A stretch of DNA of 64,000 bases from an uncultured Verrucomicrobiae bacterium (GTDB taxonomy: Bacteria > Verrucomicrobiota > Verrucomicrobiia > Chthoniobacterales > UBA10450). The notes under the pieces are model-generated. The model was not told the DNA's origin and ran no database searches. It saw only the letters and a list, made by a program, of their open reading frames with translations. Below, piece by piece: positions 51,765 through 61,102 of the stretch. Position 1 is the stretch's first letter. Each line of letters opens with the position of its first letter. The translations under genes and the position numbers were made by a program. The stretch lies in NCBI GenBank assembly GCA_963735805.1, contig CAVTMK010000004.1, positions 806,878-870,877 of the forward strand, in the 5' to 3' direction.

Positions 51765-53222
51765 GTGAACCTCATCCAACAAATCGATCACTGGGCCCTG
51801 ACGGCCCCGAACGCGATCGCACACATCAGCGGGGAACAAAGGTTGACTTACGGCGACCTTCGGCGGCGTTCGGATGCTCTCGCCGCGCATCTGACAAAAC
51901 GCTTCGGCGATGATCGCGCCCCAATTGCAGTGCTCGGGCACCGAGAACCCGAGATGCTCGTCGCATTTTTGGGTGCGGTGAAATCCGGCAAGCCATATGT
52001 TCCGCTGGACACGGTTTTGCCACAGCAACGCATCGACAAGATTCTGGCAATCTCGCGCCCTGCGTTACTTCTTACGGCGCAAGACGTCATAAAACTTTCC
52101 AGTTCTGACGCGCCGGCTCCTGTCATTTCCCCAAAGCGCGACGACCCATTTTACATTTTGTTCACCAGCGGTAGCACGGGCGAACCGAAAGGCGTAATCA
52201 TTACGCTAGGGTGTCTGGAACATTTCGTGGCGTGGATGCTTGAGGAGCAAAAATTCCTGCTTTTTAGCGAGACCTTCCTGAATACAGCACCCTTCTCATT
52301 CGATCTTTCGGTGATGGACCTTTATTGCAGCCTTGCCACGGGAGGCACTCTGTTCAGCATCAGCCGCGATCTGGTGGCGAATCCAAAAATGCTTTATCGC
52401 GCGCTTGGAAATTCCGGCGCTACCACCTGGGTCTCTACGCCGTCGTTTGCACAAATGTGTCTGGTTGAAGAGAAATTTACACAAACGATGCTTCCACGCC
52501 TCCGCCGGTTTCTTTTTTGCGGTGAAACACTCGCTGCTCAAACTGCGGCCTGTTTGCTGGACCGCTTTCCACAAGCGCAAGTGTGGAACATGTATGGCCC
52601 AACCGAGGCGACTGTGGCAACCACTTCCGTGCGAATAGACCATTCCATTTTGGAAAAATATTCGACATTGCCGGTGGGACGTCCGATGCCCGCGGCTGGG
52701 GTCTTCGTGATGAATGGAGGTGGCGAAATTTTGCCGGCAAACGAGCGAGGTGAAATTGTCATTGCGGGACCAAATGTTAGCCCGGGCTACCTTGGACGCC
52801 CGGACACTACGGCTACCGCGTTTTTCGAGCATTGCGGCCACCGCGCTTATCGAACGGGCGACCAGGGCAGATTGCGTGATGGCTTACTGTTTTTTGAAGG
52901 GCGCATGGATGCGCAAGTCAAGCTCAGCGGGTATCGCATTGAACTCGGCGATGTTGAAGCAAACCTTCTGACCTTGCCCTCTGTAAGGGATGCCGTCGTA
53001 GCACCGGTGATTAAGAACGGGGCGCCGCAATCTCTCGCCGCTTTCGTGGTGCTCAGCAACCGAAGTAAGGCCTCGCATTTCGAGCTAACACAGTCACTGC
53101 GACAACAGCTGGCCGAGCGACTACCCATGTACATGTTGCCGCGCAAATTTGTTTTTCGCGATGCTTTTCCGCTTACGGCGAACGGCAAAGTCGACCGAGC
53201 CCGGCTGACGCAGTCGCTGTGA
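51765..53222 (+). CDS. dltA: D-alanine--D-alanyl carrier protein ligase
   Basis: FTSGSTGEPKG, FSFDLSVMD, FLFCGE, NMYGPTEATVA, YRTGD, GYRIEL, NGKVDR. Confidence 0.95.
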   Translation: MNLIQQIDHWALTAPNAIAHISGEQRLTYGDLRRRSDALAAHLTKRFGDDRAPIAVLGHREPEMLVAFLGAVKSGKPYVPLDTVLPQQRIDKILAISRPALLLTAQDVIKLSSSDAPAPVISPKRDDPFYILFTSGSTGEPKGVIITLGCLEHFVAWMLEEQKFLLFSETFLNTAPFSFDLSVMDLYCSLATGGTLFSISRDLVANPKMLYRALGNSGATTWVSTPSFAQMCLVEEKFTQTMLPRLRRFLFCGETLAAQTAACLLDRFPQAQVWNMYGPTEATVATTSVRIDHSILEKYSTLPVGRPMPAAGVFVMNGGGEILPANERGEIVIAGPNVSPGYLGRPDTTATAFFEHCGHRAYRTGDQGRLRDGLLFFEGRMDAQVKLSGYRIELGDVEANLLTLPSVRDAVVAPVIKNGAPQSLAAFVVLSNRSKASHFELTQSLRQQLAERLPMYMLPRKFVFRDAFPLTANGKVDRARLTQSL

Positions 53223-54697
53223 TTCCTTACGCTGATTTCACATATTTTGGACTGCTGCTTTACGTAGTAGTTCCAACCCTCATTCTGGGTCTGTTTGGAA
53301 GAGCAGGCTGGCGTTGGGCAGCGCTCGTAACCGTCGGGATGCTCGTTGTGCAATACCACGGGCTATTAAACGTCCGGCCACATTTCCCCGTACGCGAGAT
53401 CTGGATCGCCATTGGTTTCGCTCTGTGGCAGTGGGCAATGGTGTGCACATTCGCAAAAGGCGGGGCACGGGCCGGTTGGCCGTTTTATGCGGCGGTCGCG
53501 GTAAGCTTGCTTCCGCTTGCCGCGACCAAATTTTTTCCGGTCGTGTCGCCGAGAAGCGAGTTTGGTTTTCTCGGAATTTCGTACATCACGTTTCGAGCAT
53601 TGGATGTTGTGATTTGCTTGCGCGATAAAGTGATCGCTTTGCCCGGGACGCTCGATTTCCTGATGTTCCTTTTCTTCTTTCCAACCATTTCAGCAGGGCC
53701 AATTGACCGTTTCCAACGCTTCGCAGGCGAATGGAGAAAGCCGCGAACCCGGTCTGATTTCCTTGTTGATCTCGACGGCGCGGTGCATCGCATTTTTCGG
53801 GGGTTCTTCTACAAATTCATTGTCGCTGCGCTGATTAAACAATACTGGCTGGATCGAGCTGCCAGCAGTGGAAGTTTTGCTGCGTTAATCAGCTACATGT
53901 ACGCGTACAGCTTCTATTTGTTTTTTGATTTTGCCGGGTATAGCGCGTTCGCCATTGCTCTAAGTTATCTTTTCGGCGTCCACACTCCGGAAAACTTTGA
54001 TCGGCCGTTTCTCGCCCGGAATATCCGCGATTTCTGGAATCGTTGGCACATCACGCTGTCATTTTGGTTTCGCGATCATGTCTACATGCGTTTCCTCTAT
54101 GCGGCGATGCGCGGCAAATGGTTTGCTCATAAGGAAGTCGCCCCAATCGTAGGCTATTTTCTAGCCTTCGGACTAATGGGCCTGTGGCACGGGCCTGAGC
54201 TTCACTACATTGCTTACGGATTTTATCAGGCGGTGTTGCTTTCCGCGTTCCACATTTTTTCTCGCTGGAACAAGTCGCACCGTTTTTGGCGAGAAGGTCT
54301 GGTTTCGCGAGCGGCGGCTATATTCATTACGTTCCAGTTCGTTTGCTTCGGCTTGCTGATTTTTTCAGGGCGCATTGGGGCCGCTCCGCTCCCGCACCAT
54401 AAGGGCGACGTCGAGCAGGCCTATTGCTATGAGATTCAGGGATGGGTTTGGGATAAAAATCAGCCGGACGTTCCCGTTGATGTCGAACTTTGGGATGGCG
54501 ATAAGTATCTGATGAAGTTTCCCGCCAACCAATTTCGACAGGATCTGGTGGACGCGGGTTACGGAAACGGCCGGCATGGATTTCACCTCCTGACGCCGTC
54601 GCAACTTAAAGATCACCGCTCACATGTGATCCATCTTCGGGTTGCTGGGACAAAGCAGGAGTTAACGAATTCGCCTAAAGTGATTCACTGCCAATGA
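53219..54697 (+). CDS. dltB: DltB MBOAT acyltransferase with extra C-terminal domain
   Basis: MIPY start, FLGISYITFR, GPIDR, DFAGYS, FWNRWHITLSFWFRD, MGLWHG, IFSG followed by ~110 extra residues. Confidence 0.93.
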   Translation: MIPYADFTYFGLLLYVVVPTLILGLFGRAGWRWAALVTVGMLVVQYHGLLNVRPHFPVREIWIAIGFALWQWAMVCTFAKGGARAGWPFYAAVAVSLLPLAATKFFPVVSPRSEFGFLGISYITFRALDVVICLRDKVIALPGTLDFLMFLFFFPTISAGPIDRFQRFAGEWRKPRTRSDFLVDLDGAVHRIFRGFFYKFIVAALIKQYWLDRAASSGSFAALISYMYAYSFYLFFDFAGYSAFAIALSYLFGVHTPENFDRPFLARNIRDFWNRWHITLSFWFRDHVYMRFLYAAMRGKWFAHKEVAPIVGYFLAFGLMGLWHGPELHYIAYGFYQAVLLSAFHIFSRWNKSHRFWREGLVSRAAAIFITFQFVCFGLLIFSGRIGAAPLPHHKGDVEQAYCYEIQGWVWDKNQPDVPVDVELWDGDKYLMKFPANQFRQDLVDAGYGNGRHGFHLLTPSQLKDHRSHVIHLRVAGTKQELTNSPKVIHCQ

Positions 54698-54741
54698 CAT
54701 TTGGGGCTTCGTCCTTAGTTCGTCTGTTCTGTCCCTCCGGG

Positions 54742-57012
54742 TCATTTGGTCGGCCCGCTACCTTTTTTGGCTGACGTTTCTTCTTGTGGCGCGATCTCGT
54801 ACTCTGGCTTGTGCGCGCCCATTAACCAGCGATCGAACCACCCAACGATATGCTCCAGACGCTCGACACGGTGCCACGGCTGGCCAGAGCGCGAGAGCTC
54901 GTGCGATTCATTGGGGAAACGCACCATCACGGTGGGGATCTTGCGGAATTTTAGCGCGCGAAACATTTGTTCTCCTCCAGCGCCAGGCGGCGTTCGGTAG
55001 TCCGCTTCGCCAAGGACAAGCATTAGCGGCGTCGTCACATTCTTGATGTAGTTGATCGGCGAACGCGCTCGATATTCTTGCGGGTCTTCAAATGGCGGTC
55101 CTTTGAACCACGAAGGCTGGAAGAGCGTGAAGTCCCCCGAGTACCACCAATCTTCCCAACTCGCGATGTCGCGTTGTGCTACTGCCGCCGCAAAGCGGTT
55201 TGTTTGGCCGACAACCCAGTTCGTCAACAATCCACCGCCGCTACCGCCGGTCACGCCAAGCTTTTTCTCATCGATATAACCACGTTTGATCGCATCATCC
55301 ACACCGGCCATCAGATCTTTGTAATCGTCCCCTGGGTAATTATACTGAATGATGTTTCCAAATTCCTGGCCGTAAGTGGTACTGCCGCGCGGATTCGGAT
55401 AAAGGACTACGTAACCCTTGGCCGCCATCCACTGGAATTCGTGATTGAAAATGTAACCGTACGCGACATGCGGTCCGCCATGAATGTTCAGGATAAGCGG
55501 ATACTTCTTGTGTGGATCGAAGTTCGGCGGCTTCTGCAACCAGGTTTCGATGTGCTTGCCATCAAAGCTGTCGTACCAAATCTCTTCCGGCTCCGTTAAA
55601 TTTAGCTTGGAGAACAGTTCGTCGTTGACATGCGTCAATTGTTTGGGCTGCGCATCCCCGGTCGCGCGATCCAGTACAAAAAGATCATTGATGCGCGTTG
55701 GTGTCGAAACCACGTAAATCAACTTCGAAGCGTCCGGCAACGCACGAAAACTCATCACCACCTGGTTTCCGGAAGTTAGATCGTGCACTCCAGCCTTGCC
55801 GATATCGGCGTCCTGGGCCACAGGCAGGTCGAATAGCGCGAGATTCGCTTTCCCTTCCTTCGTGTAAACGGCGATGAGGCCCTTGCCATCTGGCGTCCAG
55901 ATCGGCTTGTTCTGTCCACCCGCTCGCGGCGACGCGCTGTCCCCAATCACAAACCCAGGCACATCGAAGTCAAAGTTTGCAGTCAAATTGCGCGGCTTTG
56001 CGTTTGGCAATAGGTCGAGGACCCACAGGTCGGGCTGCGTGTATGAGGTGATCGGACGTGTGGTTGATGCAGTAAATGCGACCTGTTTCCCATCAGGGCT
56101 GAGTGAAAGCGGGCCTCCGCCGGGGCCAAACCCGCCGACCTGTAAATCAATGGTTGTGATTTTTACCGGTTCGCCACCGGCTACCGCTACCGAATAAAGA
56201 TCAGTCTTTGGCAACTCGTAGTACGGTTCGTCATTCCGGTCCGATGTGAAATAAATCTGCGAGCCGTCCTTGGACCAGGTCATGCTATCTTCATCAAACC
56301 GTCCCTTGGTGAGCTGCCGCGGTTTTACTTTTTCGTCGGCACTGTGCGGCGCACTTACGAGCCAGATGTGTGTGGGATGCTTAGGGTCGATGTAGCCTTC
56401 ATTGTCCTGCCGATAAACAGCGTGTGTGATCACGCGAACATCGCTCTCGTGTTCATCTGCGCCCTCGGGAGCATTTCCACCACCCGCTTTTTTTGATTCT
56501 TCTTCTTTTGCTTTTTTCTTTTCCTCCTTGGCCACGTCTTCGGCATTTGTGTCGCTGGTGAACGCGATTGTTTTTCCATCCGGCCCCCAGCTGGGATTTC
56601 CTGCGCCTTTCGGCAGATCGGTAAAGACAAACGAATCGCCGCCTGCTGTCGGCAGGAGCGCCAGTTGCGGCGGCTCGGGCTTGCCATTCTTCTCTGTCGC
56701 GCGCAGGAAAAGCAGAAACTTTCCGTCCGGCGACCAGCGAGGTGAGGAATCGTGGTCGCCTTTTGTTAATTGATGAGGTTCTTCGCCGCCTGCGAGCGGG
56801 ACGGTCCAGATGGACGTATTATAACCTTCCTTTTTCTCGTTAACCGTGACGCGCACGAACGCTACGCGCGAGCCGTCTGGCGAAACTTGGGGATCTCCCA
56901 TCCAGACGAAATCGAACAGATCCTTTTCGGTAATGTTGCGCTTTTCAGCGAGCGCAGTGACGGCTCCCGCCGATAAGGCTAACAACAAACAAAGGACGAA
57001 GAGCTTCGCCAT
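54742..57012 (-). CDS. S9 family peptidase with PD40/WD40-like propeller, secreted
   Basis: SPDG repeats, IHGGP, GGSGGG, DYRTP, ESHEL; signal peptide from Met 57012. Confidence 0.93.
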   Translation of the reverse strand: MAKLFVLCLLLALSAGAVTALAEKRNITEKDLFDFVWMGDPQVSPDGSRVAFVRVTVNEKKEGYNTSIWTVPLAGGEEPHQLTKGDHDSSPRWSPDGKFLLFLRATEKNGKPEPPQLALLPTAGGDSFVFTDLPKGAGNPSWGPDGKTIAFTSDTNAEDVAKEEKKKAKEEESKKAGGGNAPEGADEHESDVRVITHAVYRQDNEGYIDPKHPTHIWLVSAPHSADEKVKPRQLTKGRFDEDSMTWSKDGSQIYFTSDRNDEPYYELPKTDLYSVAVAGGEPVKITTIDLQVGGFGPGGGPLSLSPDGKQVAFTASTTRPITSYTQPDLWVLDLLPNAKPRNLTANFDFDVPGFVIGDSASPRAGGQNKPIWTPDGKGLIAVYTKEGKANLALFDLPVAQDADIGKAGVHDLTSGNQVVMSFRALPDASKLIYVVSTPTRINDLFVLDRATGDAQPKQLTHVNDELFSKLNLTEPEEIWYDSFDGKHIETWLQKPPNFDPHKKYPLILNIHGGPHVAYGYIFNHEFQWMAAKGYVVLYPNPRGSTTYGQEFGNIIQYNYPGDDYKDLMAGVDDAIKRGYIDEKKLGVTGGSGGGLLTNWVVGQTNRFAAAVAQRDIASWEDWWYSGDFTLFQPSWFKGPPFEDPQEYRARSPINYIKNVTTPLMLVLGEADYRTPPGAGGEQMFRALKFRKIPTVMVRFPNESHELSRSGQPWHRVERLEHIVGWFDRWLMGAHKPEYEIAPQEETSAKKGSGPTK

Positions 57013-57076
57013 GTTAAATCGTGAAATGGCTGAATCGATAAGTCGTGAATCCGATATAAGGATGTAACGATCTAAC
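57013..57076. repeat. Inverted GTTAAATC-type octamer arrays
   Basis: gttaaatc-gtgaaatg-gctgaatc-gataagtc-gtgaatcc ... gatgtaac-gatctaac. Confidence 0.6.
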
Positions 57077-57137
57077 GAATCGCGCCGGTGCTTCTTCATT
57101 CCTTCGAGCTTCGACATTCGGTTGGGTCATTCTCCTT

Positions 57138-58448
57138 TCACATGTGTTCGATGACATTATCGCCAAATTGCGAACACTTGATCTCCGTGGCGCCGTCCAT
57201 CAAACGCGCGAAATCGTAAGTAACACGTTTGCTCGCAATCGCGCCCTTTAAGCCTTTTAGAATCAAATCGGCGGCTTCCGTCCAGCCCATGTAACGGAAC
57301 ATCATTTCGCCCGACAAAATCACCGAGCCGGGATTGACCTTGTCCTGATTGGTATACTTCGGCGCGGTGCCGTGGGTCGCCTCGAACACCGCGTGACCGG
57401 TGATGTAATTGATGTTCCCGCCGGGTGCGATTCCAATTCCGCCCACCTCAGCGGCCAGCGCGTCGCTCATGTAATCTCCATTCAGATTAAGCGTGGCGAT
57501 CACGTCATACTCTGCCGGGCGTAATAGAAATTGCTGGAGCGCGTTATCGGCAATGGCGTCCTTGATGACAATGCCGGCACCCGGTTTGCCCATGGGAATC
57601 TCGCACCACGGGCCGCCATCGATCTCCTTCGCACCGAAATATTGCTTTGCGACGTCATAGCCCCAGTCGCGGAACGCGCCCTCGGTGAACTTCATGATGT
57701 TGCCTTTGTGGACCAGCGTCACGCTCTTGCGGCGGTTCGCAATCGCGTAAGAGATCGCGCTATGAACCAGGCGGACGGTGCCGGATCGACTGACCGGTTT
57801 GATTCCAATTCCTACAAGAACGTCGTCCTTTTCCGGTGCCCCAACTTTTTTCCAAAACTCCGCTGCTTTCTGTTTTGTCCCGAATCGAATTTTCTCATAC
57901 TGCTGCGGAAAGTCTTTTCTTAGAAAATCGAGAAGCTTCTGTGCGTCCGGCGTGCCCGCCGCGAATTCGATGCCGGCGTAGATGTCTTCCGTGTTTTCCC
58001 GGAAGATCACCATATTAACTTTCTCCGGATGCTTCAGGGGCGAGGGGACGCCTTCGAAGTACTGCACCGGGCGCAGGCAGACGAAAAGATCGAGGAGTTG
58101 CCGCAACGCGACGTTGAGCGATCGAATGCCGCCACCCACGGGAGTGGTCAACGGACCTTTGATCCCGACGTGATACTCGCGGAACGCCTCCACAGTGTCG
58201 TCCGGCAACCATTCACCGAATTTGTCCTTTGCTGTTTGTCCGGCATACACCTCGAACCATGCGATCTTTTTTTTCCCGCCGTATGCTTTTTCCACTGCGG
58301 CATCGAACACCCGCACGCTCGCAGCCCAGATGTCTGGCCCGGTGCCGTCTCCGCGGATAAATGGAATGACCGGTTGATCCGGCACATTCAGTTTATCGGT
58401 TCTGGTAATTTTTTCACCTGCTGGCGGAGCGACATCTTTGTATGGCAT
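57138..58448 (-). CDS. icd: NADP-dependent isocitrate dehydrogenase
   Basis: [52 protein letters not shown]. Confidence 0.97.
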   Translation of the reverse strand: MPYKDVAPPAGEKITRTDKLNVPDQPVIPFIRGDGTGPDIWAASVRVFDAAVEKAYGGKKKIAWFEVYAGQTAKDKFGEWLPDDTVEAFREYHVGIKGPLTTPVGGGIRSLNVALRQLLDLFVCLRPVQYFEGVPSPLKHPEKVNMVIFRENTEDIYAGIEFAAGTPDAQKLLDFLRKDFPQQYEKIRFGTKQKAAEFWKKVGAPEKDDVLVGIGIKPVSRSGTVRLVHSAISYAIANRRKSVTLVHKGNIMKFTEGAFRDWGYDVAKQYFGAKEIDGGPWCEIPMGKPGAGIVIKDAIADNALQQFLLRPAEYDVIATLNLNGDYMSDALAAEVGGIGIAPGGNINYITGHAVFEATHGTAPKYTNQDKVNPGSVILSGEMMFRYMGWTEAADLILKGLKGAIASKRVTYDFARLMDGATEIKCSQFGDNVIEHM

Positions 58449-58844
58449 AAGGGGCAAACTCTAGAGGCGGCTGTCCCCAGTCGCAACAGGAGTCGGTAAT
58501 CCGTGCGCCTGTTTTCTATCATCATTAAGAGACGACAAAAGACGAGCGCTTGGTGATGAAAACAAAGACGGCGACGCGTGCCGTTTGCATCGCCAGCGAT
58601 GCCTCAAGGTTGCCGGTGAAAAAGAAGGAAGGCGTGATAAAGCGAGGCGCCAGCCTGGTCGCGAACCTTTTCTTGTGCGAAAGCGGACCCCTGTTATAAT
58701 GCGCGTTCCTCCTCCATTCTCATGTTTCCCCGGGAAGCCAGCAAAGGGCTTTGTGCCGGTGGCTGCCTGCCGCGCCATAGCGAGGCCGAAGCGGGCGTCA
58801 GCCGCCGCCGCCGAACTACAACTTGTGGCTCCCTTTTGCGCTTT

Positions 58845-59600
58845 GTGAAGCGTGGCAGCTGTCGCGGCTTTACCCTTCTCGAGCTGTTAATCGTCGTTGG
58901 CATTATCGCCGTCTTGCTCGTGTTAATCGCTCCGGCGTTCACAAGTCTTAAAAGCGCCGGAGACGTCACAAGCGCGGCTTACACCATTAAAGGCGTACTC
59001 GACACCGCCCGCACCTACGCGAAAGCAAATAATACTTACACCTGGGTCGGTTTCTTTGAGGAGGACATTTCAAACCCGCCTAACGCTGGAACGGGAAGGC
59101 TTGTCATGTCGATCGTCGCCTCAAAGGATGGGACCATCATATACAACCCTTCTAACCTAGCCCAGCTGGATTTGACGACCAATATCACTCAAGTTGGTAA
59201 GCTAGCTAAGATCGACAACATACACCTCTGGACCCACACGGACGCTCCTTCAGGCGCGGGGTCCACCTTTGACACTCGCCCCAACGTTCCTTCGTCGTAC
59301 TGCATTGGAGATACAAGTCCCTCAAGTTCGACTACTCCATTCCGATATCCTGTAGGCAACCCGGCGCCTACTACACAATACACCTTCGTAAAGGCGGTCC
59401 AATTCAGTCCGCGCGGCGAGGGTCGGATTAATAACAGCACAGTTAACGCTAATGGTACGGAGATCTTTCCTCTCCAAACGATAGCTGAGATAGCATTTGA
59501 ACCGACGCACGGCGCTATTGCTACCACTACCATTCCTGCCAATGTTGTTGCTGTTCAGTTCAGCGGGATTGGTGGCGACGTTAGAATATACCGACGATGA
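58845..59600 (+). CDS. Prepilin-type protein, FimU/GspH-like (Verru_Chthon cassette D-like)
   Basis: G|FTLLELLIVVGII class III signal with E5; AR..A; QFSPRGE. Start uncertain. Confidence 0.8.
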   Translation: MKRGSCRGFTLLELLIVVGIIAVLLVLIAPAFTSLKSAGDVTSAAYTIKGVLDTARTYAKANNTYTWVGFFEEDISNPPNAGTGRLVMSIVASKDGTIIYNPSNLAQLDLTTNITQVGKLAKIDNIHLWTHTDAPSGAGSTFDTRPNVPSSYCIGDTSPSSSTTPFRYPVGNPAPTTQYTFVKAVQFSPRGEGRINNSTVNANGTEIFPLQTIAEIAFEPTHGAIATTTIPANVVAVQFSGIGGDVRIYRR

Positions 59601-60037
59601 ACCGTTCTTTGCAGTCGACATCTGCGTTCTCTCTTGTCGAAATCACTCTAGCTCTAGGGATCGCTGCTTTCTGCTTGCTTGCAGTTTTCGGTTTGATGCC
59701 CGTCGGTGTGCAAACAAATCGGAATGCGACCTCACAAACTGCTGCTACCAATATCATCGCCTCCGTGATCGCGGATATGCGGGCCACGACATCCTCGACA
59801 TCCCCGCAATATGGCATCACGTTCGGCACTGCGAAAACATTGTACTTCGATGGCGCAGGACAGTTTGCCGCATTGTTAGGCGCGAATTCGCGATACCGCG
59901 TAAGTATAACGTTTCCTTCGAGTCCGACCGGTTTAAGTTATGGCGATGTTAAGGTCACGTGGCCGGCTCCTGTTGATCCAGCAACAACCACGCCAAGCGG
60001 CTCGGTGGAAATGTTTGCCGCGTTCGATAGAAACTGA
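59597..60037 (+). CDS. Prepilin-type protein, PilV-like (Verru_Chthon cassette B-like)
   Basis: A|FSLVEITLALGIAAFCLLAVFGLMPVG; YFD..G; VTWP. Confidence 0.85.
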   Translation: MNRSLQSTSAFSLVEITLALGIAAFCLLAVFGLMPVGVQTNRNATSQTAATNIIASVIADMRATTSSTSPQYGITFGTAKTLYFDGAGQFAALLGANSRYRVSITFPSSPTGLSYGDVKVTWPAPVDPATTTPSGSVEMFAAFDRN

Positions 60038-60041
60038 ACCG

Positions 60042-61089
60042 ATGGTTGACCGGAAGACCACACCTGTAGAGGCTGCCGTGCTTACTGGAGCCTGTTACGT
60101 CCCGTCACCGGCAACACGCCCAGCACTGGAGCGCCGCCGCACGGGCGGCTTCACCTTGGCCGAGCTTTTGGTGACAGTCGGCGTGCTCGTCCTTGTTGTT
60201 CTACTTTTCACGCAACTTCTGAACAGCGCGGCAACTATCACGACGCTCGGCCATAAACAAATGGACGCGGACTCGCAAGCGCGACAGCTCCTTGATCGAA
60301 TGGCCATCGATTTCGCACAGATGCTGAAACGATCAGACGTCGATTACTATTTAAAGTCAGCCGCTACCGCCACAGGCGTGCGCAAGGTGGTACAACCTGG
60401 GAATGATCAGATAGCATTCTACAGCGCCGTACCGGGTTACTACCCACCGACAGGTTCGCAGAGTCCGGTATCATTGGTCAGCTTATCGAGTGTATAACCC
60501 TTCTCCGACTCCCTCACCGTGCCCGAACTGCAACAAACTCGAGCGCATGGGAAAAGGGTTAGTTTGGAACGGCGTTTCTACAAACGATACGCCGGTTGTT
60601 TTTAGGCCCATACCCGTAGCTTCGCCGATTCCCACGGGAGAACTCCCCTCTCCGCCGAGTCCTTTGCCGACGCCAGCTTGGCCTCAGGCCGGCAACATGA
60701 GCACGGATTCAACTTATGAGGTGGTTAGTTCGCAGGTCTTCCGCTTTGAATATTATTATCTTCTGAAGAATGGAACCTTATCAGCCACTCCATGGTATAG
60801 CACTCCAAACTTTAGTGCCATGCAAGATGTCGCGGCTATTGTGGTTGACATAGCGGTCATTGATCCAAAGAGCAAAGTGCTGGTTAGGGACGCGCAGATG
60901 GCGATGCTTGCAGGGACACTGATCGACTACGGCGGGTCCGCCGCTGCTGGTTGTCCCACGCCGAATTGGCAAACTCCCGGCGAGTTGCGACGACAGTGGC
61001 AATGCGTGCTCGACGGTACAAATGGATTGCCCCGCTCCGCTGTTTCCGGCATTCGGCTGTACGAACGTTATTTTTATCTCTCCCAATAA
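60042..61089 (+). CDS. Prepilin-type protein, PilW-like (Verru_Chthon cassette C-like), frameshift near 60480
   Basis: G|FTLAELLV; ARQLLDRM..D. Removing one base near 60480-60484 restores SLV(A/S)YRV and joins ORF 60490-61089. Confidence 0.75.
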
Positions 61090-61102
61090 GCCCTCCTAAC
61101 CC

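Noticed and set aside
51632..51913. 93-aa ORF from the track between dltC and dltA
   Set aside because: It is an alternative frame overlapping DltX and dltA, with no recognisable features
51376..53222. NRPS-type secondary metabolite cluster (A domain plus carrier protein)
   Set aside because: No condensation or thioesterase domain; motifs and DltB/D/X neighbours identify a dlt system
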